This document shows positions 1 through 11,491 of a stretch of 64,000 nucleotides of DNA, one piece after another. The DNA is taken from contig CADEFJ010000002.1 of assembly GCA_902826575.1 (NCBI GenBank), positions 34,771 to 98,770 of the forward strand. Direction: 5' to 3'. Position 1 is the first letter of the stretch. The number at the start of each line of letters is the position of its first letter. The notes beneath the pieces are model-generated. The model made no database searches. It was given only the letters and a program-made list of their open reading frames with translations, and was not told the origin of the DNA. The translations under genes were made by a program, and so were the position numbers. The DNA is from an uncultured Pseudomonadota bacterium (GTDB lineage: Bacteria; Pseudomonadota; Gammaproteobacteria; Steroidobacterales; Steroidobacteraceae).

Positions 1-305
1 TGCAGCTGCTTGCGCAGAACCGGCGCCTCGCGCTGCTGCCGGAGATTGCACGCCAGTACGCGCTGCTGCGCGCCGCGGCCGAGAACACCGTCGACGTCGA
101 GATCACCTCGGCGATGGCGCTCACGCCGGAGGAGACCGAGAAGTTCGCGCGGGCGCTGACGCGCCGCCTGAATCGTGTCGTGCGCCTGCATCCGCAGGTC
201 GATGCGTCACTCATCGGCGGCGCGATCGTGCGCAGCGGCGACCTGGTGCTCGACGGCTCGCTGAAGGGCAGACTCGAGCGCCTCAGCCAGACCATGACGA
301 ATTGA
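1..305 (+). CDS. atpH: F0F1 ATP synthase subunit delta, C-terminal part (5' end lies outside the window)
   Basis: The frame is open from the window edge ([19 protein letters not shown]...[25 protein letters not shown]). This is a typical delta/OSCP tail and sits directly upstream of atpA. Confidence 0.85.
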   Translation, partial: QLLAQNRRLALLPEIARQYALLRAAAENTVDVEITSAMALTPEETEKFARALTRRLNRVVRLHPQVDASLIGGAIVRSGDLVLDGSLKGRLERLSQTMTN

Positions 306-324
306 TTCCCAAGGACCCCATCCC

Positions 325-1863
<1,539 letters not shown>

Positions 1864-1867
1864 TGAT

Positions 1868-1966
1868 CAGCGAACAGCGGGCAGCGAACAGAGTACAGCC
1901 AGAGCGCGGGCATGCGCGTCGTGCCTGCGCCTCTGGCTGTACTCTGTTCGCTATTCGCTGTTCGCC
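1868..1966 (+). repeat. ~100-nt palindromic intergenic element (REP-like), copy 1, between atpA and atpG
   Basis: Left arm is CAGCGAACAG-CGGG-CAGCGAACAGAGTACAGCCAGAG. Right arm is CTCTGGCTGTACTCTGTTCGCT-ATT-CGCTGTTCGCC, giving a perfect 22-bp stem plus an outer stem and an inner GC hairpin. It shares motifs with copy 2. Confidence 0.75.
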
Positions 1967-1981
1967 GCGAGGATCGCGCTG

Positions 1982-2842
1982 ATGGCCAGCACCAAGGAAA
2001 TCCGCTCGAAGATCACGAGCGTCAAAAGTACCCAAAAAATCACCAAGGCCATGCAGATGGTCGCGACGAGCAAGATGCGTCGCGCCCAGGAACGCATGCG
2101 CCTCGCCCGGCCGTATGCGGAGAAAATGGTCACCGTGATCGGCCACCTGAGCGCGGCCAACCCCGACTACAAGCACCCGTTCCTCGTGACACGCGAGCCG
2201 AAGTCGATCGGCATCATCGTGATTTCGACCGATCGCGGCCTGTGCGGCGGCCTGAACGCCAACATCTTCAAGAACACGATCTACCTGCTGCGCGAGTGGC
2301 AGCAGAAGGGCGCAGAAGTGAACCTGTGCCTGGTCGGCTCGAAGGGCCTCGGCTTCTTCCGCCGGCTCGGACTGCCGATCCTCGCCAATGTCACGCATCT
2401 CGGCGATCGCCCGCACGTGAAGGACCTGATCGGGACCGTGAAGGTCATGCTCGACGCGTATCGCGAGGGCAGGATCGATCGCCTGTACATGGTGAACGCG
2501 CAGTTCGTGAATACGATGACCCAGAAGCCGGTCGTCGAACAGTTGCTGCCGGTGGCGCCGGTGGAATCATCCGACCTCGCCGAGCACTGGGACTACATCT
2601 ACGAGCCGAGCGCCTCGGACATCCTCGATGGCGTACTGATGCGCTACATCGAGTCGCAGGTCTATCGCGGTGCGGTCGAGAACGTTGCCTCGGAAATGGC
2701 CGCACGCATGGTTGCGATGAAGGCGGCGTCGGACAACGCCGGCAAGCTGATCAACGAACTGCAACTGATCTACAACAAGGCGCGACAGGCCGCGATTACG
2801 AAAGAGCTGGCGGAGATCGTTGGCGGAGCCGCGGCGGTATGA
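1982..2842 (+). CDS. atpG: F0F1 ATP synthase subunit gamma
   Basis: 286 aa. The N-terminus [36 protein letters not shown] and the C-terminus [15 protein letters not shown] are classic gamma sequence. A GAGGA Shine-Dalgarno lies upstream. Confidence 0.96.
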   Translation: MASTKEIRSKITSVKSTQKITKAMQMVATSKMRRAQERMRLARPYAEKMVTVIGHLSAANPDYKHPFLVTREPKSIGIIVISTDRGLCGGLNANIFKNTIYLLREWQQKGAEVNLCLVGSKGLGFFRRLGLPILANVTHLGDRPHVKDLIGTVKVMLDAYREGRIDRLYMVNAQFVNTMTQKPVVEQLLPVAPVESSDLAEHWDYIYEPSASDILDGVLMRYIESQVYRGAVENVASEMAARMVAMKAASDNAGKLINELQLIYNKARQAAITKELAEIVGGAAAV

Positions 2843-2846
2843 ACAA

Positions 2847-2943
2847 CAGCGAACAGCTTGCAGCGAACAGCTTTCAGCCAGAGGAGAACGCCCGGTCGTG
2901 CCGTCTTCTCTGGCTGAAAGCTGTCATCTGCTCGCTGTTCGCC
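2847..2943 (+). repeat. ~100-nt palindromic intergenic element (REP-like), copy 2, between atpG and atpD
   Basis: CAGCGAACAG-CTTG-CAGCGAACAGCTTTCAGCCAGAGGAGAACG ... CGTCTTCTCTGGCTGAAAGCTGT...CTCGCTGTTCGCC. It has the same CAGCGAACAG x2, CAGCCAGAG/CTCTGGCTG and CGCTGTTCGCC blocks as copy 1. Confidence 0.75.
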
Positions 2944-2958
2944 AGCGAAGTTTTTTAA

Positions 2959-4389
<1,431 letters not shown>

Positions 4390-4427
4390 GAGCTTAGGGC
4401 TTGGAGCTTAGGGCCAGAGGAGCACGT

Positions 4428-4853
4428 GTGGCGGAGTCGTTGATACATGTCGATGTCGTGAGCGCCGAGGGAGAGATCTTCTCGGGTCCCGCCACGATGG
4501 TGTTCGTGCCTGCTTCGGAGGGCGATATCGGCATTGCGCCCCGTCACGCGCCGTTGCTCACCTTGCTGAAGGCGGGCGAAGTACGCATCCAGACGCCCGA
4601 GGGCGGCGAGCACCTGATCTATGTGGGCGGTGGCGTGCTCGAGATCCAGCCGAAGAAGGTCACCGTGCTCGCCGACACGGCGCTGCGCGCGAAGGACATC
4701 GACGAGGCTGCCGCGATCGCCGCGAAGCAGCGTGCGGAAGAGGCGCTCAAGGACAAGGTCGACGCGATTTCCCAGGCCGAGGCCCTGGCCGAGCTGGCGC
4801 GCGCCGCCGCGCAGCTCAAGCTCATCGAGAAGCTGCGCAAGCTGAAGGGCTGA
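4428..4853 (+). CDS. atpC: F0F1 ATP synthase subunit epsilon
   Basis: The track ORF starts at 4401 (TTG). A GTG at 4428 is preceded by AGAGGA and gives VAESLIHVDVVSAEGEIFSG..., a typical epsilon N-terminus. The exact start is uncertain. Confidence 0.85.
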   Translation: MAESLIHVDVVSAEGEIFSGPATMVFVPASEGDIGIAPRHAPLLTLLKAGEVRIQTPEGGEHLIYVGGGVLEIQPKKVTVLADTALRAKDIDEAAAIAAKQRAEEALKDKVDAISQAEALAELARAAAQLKLIEKLRKLKG

Positions 4854-4879
4854 CGCAGCTTCCCGGCGAGCCGGCGCCG

Positions 4880-5323
4880 CTATTTCAGCACGAGCTCGCG
4901 AATCAACTGGCTGCCGAGCTGCGTTCGCATCTTGCCACGCTCGATGGTGGCTTTCGCCGCCGTCGCGCGATCTGCCCAGACCTTCTTCTCCAGCGGCTCG
5001 AGCTTGTCCTCGAGCCCGTCGAGCGCCGCCATGTTCTTGTACGTGATCGTCAGGATCAGGTCCGCGTCCTGCGGCGACTGGGCCTGCGCCTCGTACACGC
5101 GGTAGTCCAGGATCAGGCCCGCCGCCTTCTGCGCTTCCATCAGCGGCTTGTAGGTGGTGGCGAGATAATTCAGGTACGCATCGAACATGCCCGGTTCGAT
5201 CTTTATGAACGAAACATTCGTCACGGGCCCTTCGCTGTAGTCGCGCGCTTCCTGGCCGAACGAAACGATGGGCACGCAAATGCACGCAATGGCTGCAAGC
5301 AGCCGTATTTCCCGCATACGCAT
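4880..5323 (-). CDS. hypothetical exported protein (147 aa, N-terminal signal peptide)
   Basis: MRMREIRLLAAIACICVPIVSFGQEA looks like a signal peptide. Codon bias is good. I recognised no family. Confidence 0.6.
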   Translation of the reverse strand: MRMREIRLLAAIACICVPIVSFGQEARDYSEGPVTNVSFIKIEPGMFDAYLNYLATTYKPLMEAQKAAGLILDYRVYEAQAQSPQDADLILTITYKNMAALDGLEDKLEPLEKKVWADRATAAKATIERGKMRTQLGSQLIRELVLK

Positions 5324-5430
5324 GATTGGTCTCCGTCCTTTGAAGTTGTTTATTCTGTTTCTGATGCCGGTTCACTCCTGAACCGGCGGACGTGACTATG
5401 CGCCCGCGCGCGCGCGCAATGCAAACCGCC

Positions 5431-5458
5431 CCCCGCGGGCCGCTCCAGGCCCGCAGGG
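5431..5458 (-). terminator. GC-rich hairpin just downstream of the EF-hand gene (possible terminator)
   Basis: ccccgcgggcc/gctcca/ggcccgcaggg pairs at 10 of 11 positions. It lies 26 nt past the stop at 5484 on the minus strand and is followed by only a short TTT. Confidence 0.3.
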
Positions 5459-5483
5459 AACGGACTCGAGCACGAGGGCGGTG

Positions 5484-5762
5484 TTACTCCCCCCGCGGCT
5501 CAACTGGCTCGGACGACTGCGGCTTCGCAGCCACCTGCCACTTTGCGAACTCCTCTTTCGATACGGCACCGTCGCTGTTGGCATCAGCGGTGGCAAACTC
5601 CGCGGCGAGGCCCTTGTCGACGACCGACTCGCTCGCCGTGATGCGACCGTCCGCATTCTTGTCGAGCGATTCGAACGACTTCGAAGCCATGGTCTCGCCG
5701 CCGCCGGCGAAGACGCTGCCGGCCACCAGTGCAGTGGCGGCGAACATGATCAGCTGTTTCAT
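5484..5762 (-). CDS. exported EF-hand calcium-binding protein (92 aa)
   Basis: I trimmed the 132-aa track ORF to the ATG at 5762 (GGAG Shine-Dalgarno upstream). It has the signal peptide MKQLIMFAATALVAGSVFA and two EF-hand loops, DKNADGRITASE and DANSDGAVSKEE. Confidence 0.7.
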   Translation of the reverse strand: MKQLIMFAATALVAGSVFAGGGETMASKSFESLDKNADGRITASESVVDKGLAAEFATADANSDGAVSKEEFAKWQVAAKPQSSEPVEPRGE

Positions 5763-6021
5763 TTCGCAACTCCGGTTGAGGGGGGCACGGGGCAAACGTA
5801 CTCCGCCTGCCAATGCGACGTAATGTCCCGCACCGGCGACAGGCATGCCCCGGCGGCGGGTTGCCCGGCCCGTCTGACACACCGGACCGGCGGAATTGCG
5901 CGGTTTGGCGCTGTCTCAATCGCCCGACGTTGGCGGCGCTCCGACCGAAGGATTCGATGTCATCCGACACCTGGACCTGTCGTCGTCCTACACGGGCGCT
6001 GCGCTCGGATACAATCGCGCG

Positions 6022-7386
6022 ATGCCAGTCACCGTCGTGATCCTCGCTGCCGGCCAGGGAAAGCGGATGCAATCCGACCTGCCGAAAGTCCTGCAGCCCC
6101 TTGCGGGGCGCCCGCTGCTCGCCCATGTCATTGCCACCGCGACGGCAATCGCGCCCGAGGCGATCCACGTCGTCTACGGCCACGGAGGTGAGCAGGTGCG
6201 CAGCGCGCTGCCGGACGCGCCGGTCAGCTGGGTGCTGCAAGCCGAGCAGCGCGGCACCGGGCATGCGCTCTCGCAAGCCATGCCGGCCATCGACGACGGC
6301 CACCTGGTGCTGGTGCTTTACGGTGACGTGCCATTGATACGCCCAGGCGCACTCGAGCGACTGCTCGCCGCTGCCGGCCCGAAGTCGATGTCATTGCTGA
6401 CCGTCGAGCTCGAGGACCCGACAGGCTACGGGCGCATCGTGCGCGGCGCGCGCGGCCAGGTGCAGCGCATCGTCGAGGAAAAGGACGCCACGGCGCGCGT
6501 GCGCCGCATCCGCGAAGGCAACACCGGGGTGATGGTCGCGCCTGCCAGGCTGCTTCGCCGCTGGCTCGGGCAATTGCGCGCCGACAATGCACAAGGCGAG
6601 CTGTATCTCACTGACGTCGTCGCGATGGCGGTGAAGGAGAAGATCGAGGTCGTGCCGCAGCTCGTCGATGCGCCAAGCGAAGTGCTCGGCGTCAACGACA
6701 AGCTGCAGCTCGCCGAGGTGGAGGCCGCGCTGCGCGCGCGCCGCGCGCGCGACCTGCTCGTCGCGGGTGTCACGCTGGTCGATCCCGCGCGCATCGATGT
6801 GCGCGGCGACCTCGCAGTGGGCCGCGACGTGCAGATCGATGTGAACGTGGTGTTCGAAGGGCGCGTGCGCCTCGGCGATCGGGTGCGCATTGGGCCAAAC
6901 TGCGTGATCCGCGACAGCGAAATCGACGCGGACACCGAAGTGTTCCCGAACTGCGTGATCGATCGTGCGACCATCGGTCCGGCCTGCCACATCGGGCCTT
7001 TCGCGCGCTTTCGCCCGTCGTCGCAGTTGGCGCGCGGCGTGCACATCGGCAACTTCGTCGAGGTGAAGAACAGCAAGCTCGGCGAAGGCAGCAAGTCGAA
7101 CCACCTCACCTACCTCGGAGACGCGGTGATCGGCGCGCGCGTCAATGTCGGTGCCGGTACAGTCACCTGCAATTACGACGGCGCCAACAAGTCGCAGACC
7201 CATATCGACGACGGCGCCTTCATCGGCTCGGGGGCGATGCTGGTCGCACCGGTGCGTATCGGTGCCGGCGCGACGATCGGCGCCGGTTCGACGATCACCC
7301 GCGATACGCCGCCCGACAAGCTGACGCTGGAGCGCTCGAAGCAGGTGACGATCGATGGCTGGCAGAGGCCCGCCAAGAAGACCTGA
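6022..7386 (+). CDS. glmU: bifunctional UDP-N-acetylglucosamine pyrophosphorylase / glucosamine-1-phosphate N-acetyltransferase
   Basis: MPVTVVILAAGQGKRM... is the GlmU N-terminus, and the C-terminal half has hexapeptide repeats. I trimmed the track ORF (5896) to the ATG at 6022. Confidence 0.93.
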   Translation: MPVTVVILAAGQGKRMQSDLPKVLQPLAGRPLLAHVIATATAIAPEAIHVVYGHGGEQVRSALPDAPVSWVLQAEQRGTGHALSQAMPAIDDGHLVLVLYGDVPLIRPGALERLLAAAGPKSMSLLTVELEDPTGYGRIVRGARGQVQRIVEEKDATARVRRIREGNTGVMVAPARLLRRWLGQLRADNAQGELYLTDVVAMAVKEKIEVVPQLVDAPSEVLGVNDKLQLAEVEAALRARRARDLLVAGVTLVDPARIDVRGDLAVGRDVQIDVNVVFEGRVRLGDRVRIGPNCVIRDSEIDADTEVFPNCVIDRATIGPACHIGPFARFRPSSQLARGVHIGNFVEVKNSKLGEGSKSNHLTYLGDAVIGARVNVGAGTVTCNYDGANKSQTHIDDGAFIGSGAMLVAPVRIGAGATIGAGSTITRDTPPDKLTLERSKQVTIDGWQRPAKKT

Positions 7387-7452
7387 AGACGTGACCGGGA
7401 TGTTCCTGTCTCGATCAGTCGTCCGACACCGTCGCGTGCCAGCCGGCACTCC

Positions 7453-8145
7453 ATGACCTTGACACCCGAAGAACTCGATGCGCTGCGCCTCAGTTTCGTG
7501 GTGGCGACGCGCAGCGTGTTGATCAGCCTGCCGCTCGCCACCTTGATCGCCTGGCTGCTGGTGCGCGGTCGGTTCCGTGGGCGTTTCGCGCTCGATGCGC
7601 TGGTGCACCTGCCGCTGGTGCTGCCGCCGGTGGTGGTGGGCTACCTGCTGCTCGTCCTGTTCGGTCGTCGCGGGCCGATCGGCGGCTGGCTCCACGATGC
7701 GTTCGGCGTGCAGCTCGCCTTCACCACCGCCGGTGCGGCGCTCGCCACCGCGGTGATGTCCTTCCCGCTGATGGTGCGCGCGATACGCCTGTCGCTCGAG
7801 GCCGTCGATCGCGGCTTCGAGGACGCGGCGCGCACGCTCGGTGCCGGTCCCGCCGATCGGTTCCTGTCGGTCACGCTGCCGCTGATGCTGCCCGGCATAC
7901 TCGCCGGCAGCGTCACCGCATTCGCGGCGAGCCTCGGCGAGTTCGGCGCAGTCATCACCTTCGTCGCGAACATCCCGGGCGAGACGCGCACGCTGCCGCT
8001 CGCCCTGTATACGGCGATCCAGACGCCGGACGGCGATGCCGCCGCTGCGCGCATTGCCACGCTGTCGCTGCTGCTCGGCTTCAGCGGGCTCGCGTTCGCC
8101 GAGTGGCTCGCGCGGCGCATCCGCCGCACGCTGGGGCAGACGTGA
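7453..8145 (+). CDS. modB: molybdate ABC transporter permease
   Basis: LHLPLVLPPVVVGYLLL, MSFPLMVRAIRL and GEFGAVITFVANIPGETRTLP are near-identical in pattern to E. coli ModB. Confidence 0.93.
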   Translation: MTLTPEELDALRLSFVVATRSVLISLPLATLIAWLLVRGRFRGRFALDALVHLPLVLPPVVVGYLLLVLFGRRGPIGGWLHDAFGVQLAFTTAGAALATAVMSFPLMVRAIRLSLEAVDRGFEDAARTLGAGPADRFLSVTLPLMLPGILAGSVTAFAASLGEFGAVITFVANIPGETRTLPLALYTAIQTPDGDAAAARIATLSLLLGFSGLAFAEWLARRIRRTLGQT

Positions 8146-9242
8146 TCCGCGTCGAGGCCGCCATGCGGCGCGGCGCCTTCACGCTCGATGCGCGCTTCAC
8201 CGCGCCGCAGGCCGGCGTCGTCGCGCTGTTCGGCCGCTCCGGCTGCGGCAAGACCACACTGGTGAATATCATCAGCGGGCTGCTGGCCCCGGACAGGGGC
8301 CACATCGACATCGGCGGCGAGGTGCTGCTCGACACCGCGACCGCGCGCCGTGTCGCACCCGAGGATCGCCGCGTCGGCTACGTTTTCCAAGACTCGCGGC
8401 TGTTCCCGCACCTTACCGTGGCCGGCAACCTCGATTACGGCTTGCGCCGCGCGCGCGGGCGCACGCAAGGCGTCAGGCGCGATGACGTCATCTCGCTGCT
8501 CGCGCTGCAGGAATTGCTCGCCCGCCGTCCGCATACGCTGTCGGGCGGCGAGCGCCAGCGTGTGGCGCTCGGTCGCGCGCTGCTTGCGCAGCCGCGCCTG
8601 CTGCTGCTCGATGAGCCGCTTGCATCGCTCGATGCCGCTCGCCGCGAGGAGGTCTTGCCGTATCTCGAGGCGCTGCGCACCCGGCTGGCGATGCCGATGA
8701 TCTACGTGAGCCACGCCTTCGACGAAGTGCTGCGCCTCGCCACGCACCTCGTGGTGCTCGATGCAGGAAGCGTGGTGGCGCAGGGCTCACTCACCGACGT
8801 GAGCCTCGATCCGGCCCTCACGGCGATCGTTGGCCCGGCCGCGGCAGGCGCGGTGCTCGATGGCCGGGTCGTCGATGTCGATGCCACGCACGGCCTCGCC
8901 CGCGTGGCGATCGGCGATCACGGCGAGCTGCGTGTCGGCGCGGCAGGTACCGCGCCGGGGATGTCGCTGCGCGTGCAGGTGCTCGCACGCGACGTGATCC
9001 TCTCCGACCGCCCGCCCGAGGGCCTCAGTGTGCGCAATGCGCTGCGCGGTCGTATCAGCGCGATCGACACGGATAGCAACGATACCCGCAGGGTCCTGGT
9101 CGACCTGTCCGGTGCCGGCATCGTGGCCTATGTGACCCGCGATGCGATCGATGCGTTGCGGCTCGCGCCGGGCAGCACGGTTTGGGTCCTCGTCAAGGCG
9201 GTTTCGCTGCGCAGCCATCCGTTTCCCGGTCCCGGCGTGTAA
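8142..9242 (+). CDS. modC: molybdate ABC transporter ATP-binding protein with C-terminal TOBE/Mop-like domain
   Basis: The GTG at 8142 overlaps the modB stop (GTGA). It has Walker A GRSGCGKTT, the signature LSGGERQRV, and a C-terminal ~130-aa ModC-type tail. Confidence 0.9.
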   Translation: MIRVEAAMRRGAFTLDARFTAPQAGVVALFGRSGCGKTTLVNIISGLLAPDRGHIDIGGEVLLDTATARRVAPEDRRVGYVFQDSRLFPHLTVAGNLDYGLRRARGRTQGVRRDDVISLLALQELLARRPHTLSGGERQRVALGRALLAQPRLLLLDEPLASLDAARREEVLPYLEALRTRLAMPMIYVSHAFDEVLRLATHLVVLDAGSVVAQGSLTDVSLDPALTAIVGPAAAGAVLDGRVVDVDATHGLARVAIGDHGELRVGAAGTAPGMSLRVQVLARDVILSDRPPEGLSVRNALRGRISAIDTDSNDTRRVLVDLSGAGIVAYVTRDAIDALRLAPGSTVWVLVKAVSLRSHPFPGPGV

Positions 9243-10063
9243 TGCCGGCGCGCATGCCGCGAACCGCAGTCACCTTGCCGCCCGTCGCGCGCCGCAGCGT
9301 GTCGGTGCTCGCGGCGCTCACGATCGTGCTCGGGCCGCTGCATGCCGCCGACGAGCCGCCCGGGCTCACCGTCTACGTCGCTGCGTCGATGACCAACGCG
9401 ATGCAGGAGATCGCCGACCGCTATCGACGTGAAACGGGTACCGCGATCAAGCTGTCACCCGGAGCCAGCTCAGCACTGGCGCGCCAGATCGAGGCTGGCG
9501 CGCGCGCGGATCTCTTCGTGTCGGCCGATCAGCAATGGATGGACTACCTCGCCGATCGCCGGCTGATCGTTGCGGCGAGCCGGCGCGATATCGCCGGCAA
9601 CCGGCTCGTACTCATCGCGCCGGCCGACAGCAAAGTGGCGCTGCGGATAGCACCGGGGTTCGCGCTCGCTGCGGCGCTCGGCAAGGGGCGGCTCGCGATC
9701 GCCGACCCGTCCTCCGTACCCGCCGGGCGTTATGCCCAGGTGGCACTGGTGCGCCTCGGCGTCTGGGACAGTGTCGCGAGCCGGCTCGCCAATGCCGATA
9801 ACGTGCGTGCAGCGCTCGCATTCGTCGCGCGCGACGAAACATCGCTCGGCATCGTCTATGCGACGGATGCGCAGATCGAACCCCGGGTGCGAGTGGTCGA
9901 CACGTTCCCTGCGCAGCTGCATGCGCCGATCACCTACCCCGCGGCACTGCCGGTCGAGGCACGAGCAGGCGCACGGGCCTTCCTCGACTACCTGGGCGGC
10001 GCAGCGTCGCGCGCCACGCTTGCCAACCATGGCTTCACGGCAGCGGTGCAAACCGCGCCGTGA
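9242..10063 (+). CDS. modA: molybdate ABC transporter substrate-binding protein
   Basis: The ATG at 9242 overlaps the modC stop (TAATG). It has a signal peptide followed by LTVYVAASMTNAM...ADLFVSADQQWMDYL, which is ModA-like. The gene order modB-modC-modA is atypical. Confidence 0.88.
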   Translation: MPARMPRTAVTLPPVARRSVSVLAALTIVLGPLHAADEPPGLTVYVAASMTNAMQEIADRYRRETGTAIKLSPGASSALARQIEAGARADLFVSADQQWMDYLADRRLIVAASRRDIAGNRLVLIAPADSKVALRIAPGFALAAALGKGRLAIADPSSVPAGRYAQVALVRLGVWDSVASRLANADNVRAALAFVARDETSLGIVYATDAQIEPRVRVVDTFPAQLHAPITYPAALPVEARAGARAFLDYLGGAASRATLANHGFTAAVQTAP

Positions 10064-11402
10064 AGTGCCGCATCAGCGGCGGCTCCTGCACGATGCGCAA
10101 CCCGCGCAGCGAGCGGCTGTCGCGCGCGATTTCCTCGAACACCTCGACCAGGTAGTCGGCGTGGCTTTGCGTGTAGACGCGCCGCGGAATCGCGAGCCGC
10201 ACGAGTTCGTAGCGCGCGGGCACCTCGCGCCCGTCGGGCCGGCGCCCGAACATCACGCTGCCGATTTCGCAGGCGCGCACCCCGCCGACTTCATAGAGCG
10301 CGACCGCGAGCGCCTGGCCGGGATACTGCAGCGGCGGGATGTGCGGCAGCAGGGCGCGCGCGTCGACGAACACCGCGTGGCCGCCCACCGGCTGCACGAT
10401 CGGTACGCCGAGCGACAACAGCCGCTCGCCGATGTACTCATTGCACCGCACCCGGTAGCGCAGGTACTCCTCGTCGATGACCTCGGCGAGGCCCGCCGCA
10501 ATCGCCTCGAGATCGCGCCCCGCGAGCCCGCCGTAGGTCGGGAAGCCTTCGGTGAGGATCAGGCGGTTGCGCGCGGCGAGTGCCAGGTCGTCGTCGTTCA
10601 GCGCGAGCCAGCCGCCAATGTTCGCAAGTCCGTCCTTCTTGGCGCTCATCGTCATGCCGTCGGCCAGCGCGAAAGTCTCGCGCACGATGTCGCGCACGCT
10701 GCGCTCCTGCTGGCCCGGTTCGCGCTGCTTGACGAACCAGGCGTTCTCGGCGAAGCGACAGCCGTCGATGAACAGCGGCTTGCCGTGGTGGCGCGCGATC
10801 TCATGCACCGCGCGCAGGTTCGCGAGTGACGCCGGCTGGCCCCCGCCGGCATTGTTGGTGAGGGTGATCATGACGCAAGGCACGTTCGCGGCGCGCTCCT
10901 CGAGCAGCCGCGCAAGCGCGACAGTGTCCATGTTGCCCTTGAAGGGAAATGTGCTCGCGAAGTCGGCCGCCTCGGCGCAGGGCAGGTCGAGCGCCTCGGC
11001 CCCGCTTGACTCGATGTTGCCGCGCGTCGTGTCGAAGTGCGTGTTGGAGGGAATCACCCGCCCGGCGCCACCCAGCAGCGAGAACAGGATCGCCTCGGCG
11101 GCGCGCCCCTGGTGGGTCGGGATCACGTGCCGGAACGGCATCAGGTCCTGCACGGCGCTCTGGAATCTGTAAAACGACGGTGAACCGGCGTAGGACTCAT
11201 CGCCACGCATCAGCGCGCTCCACTGCGCGGCACTCATCGCCCCGGTGCCGGAATCGGTCAGCAGGTCGATCAGCACGTCATCGGAATGCAAACCGAACAG
11301 GTTGTAGTGCACCCCGGCGAGCAGCAGTTCTCGGTCGCCCCGCGTGGTCAGGCGGATGGGCTCGACCACCTTCATCCGGAAGGGCTCGATTATCGTTTTC
11401 AT
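10035..11402 (-). CDS. tnaA: tryptophanase-like beta-eliminating lyase (PLP-dependent)
   Basis: IDLLTDSGTGAMS, CRFAENAWFVKQRE, MSAKKD (PLP Lys) and GFPTYGGLAGRD match the TnaA versions of these motifs better than the tyrosine phenol-lyase versions. I trimmed the start to MKTIIEPFR at 11402. Confidence 0.78.
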   Translation of the reverse strand: MKTIIEPFRMKVVEPIRLTTRGDRELLLAGVHYNLFGLHSDDVLIDLLTDSGTGAMSAAQWSALMRGDESYAGSPSFYRFQSAVQDLMPFRHVIPTHQGRAAEAILFSLLGGAGRVIPSNTHFDTTRGNIESSGAEALDLPCAEAADFASTFPFKGNMDTVALARLLEERAANVPCVMITLTNNAGGGQPASLANLRAVHEIARHHGKPLFIDGCRFAENAWFVKQREPGQQERSVRDIVRETFALADGMTMSAKKDGLANIGGWLALNDDDLALAARNRLILTEGFPTYGGLAGRDLEAIAAGLAEVIDEEYLRYRVRCNEYIGERLLSLGVPIVQPVGGHAVFVDARALLPHIPPLQYPGQALAVALYEVGGVRACEIGSVMFGRRPDGREVPARYELVRLAIPRRVYTQSHADYLVEVFEEIARDSRSLRGLRIVQEPPLMRHFTARFAPLP

Positions 11403-11491
11403 GACGGCGCTCCCATGTTGTGTAGCGTGCCACAGCAGGGCGGCGGCCAATCAGGCAAAATATGCGACCCTGACCGGAGTGCCCGCCTGCC

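Noticed and set aside
4390-4427. Direct repeat gagcttagggc x2 (plus palindrome CTAAGAGCTTAG) between atpD and atpC
   Set aside because: It is real but very short. It is not obviously related to the atpG-flanking elements, and it also contains the atpC Shine-Dalgarno. That is too little to call an element.
5366-5387. Perfect hairpin gccggttca-ctcc-tgaaccggc upstream of the 147-aa gene
   Set aside because: Neither strand has a U-tract following the hairpin, and it lies ~100 nt beyond the EF-hand gene stop. It could be a 5'-UTR structure or an operator, but I have no basis to choose.
7387-7452. Possible Moco riboswitch or ModE operator upstream of modB
   Set aside because: The spacer is only 66 nt. 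It has no recognisable Moco-motif conserved stretches or TATAT-type ModE half-sites, and I could not support either call by eye.
11403-11491. Imperfect inverted repeat TGTTGTG-N8-CACAGCA in the tnaA-like/glmS divergent spacer
   Set aside because: It matches at 6 of 7 positions in a short arm, with no known regulator linked to it. It could easily be chance.
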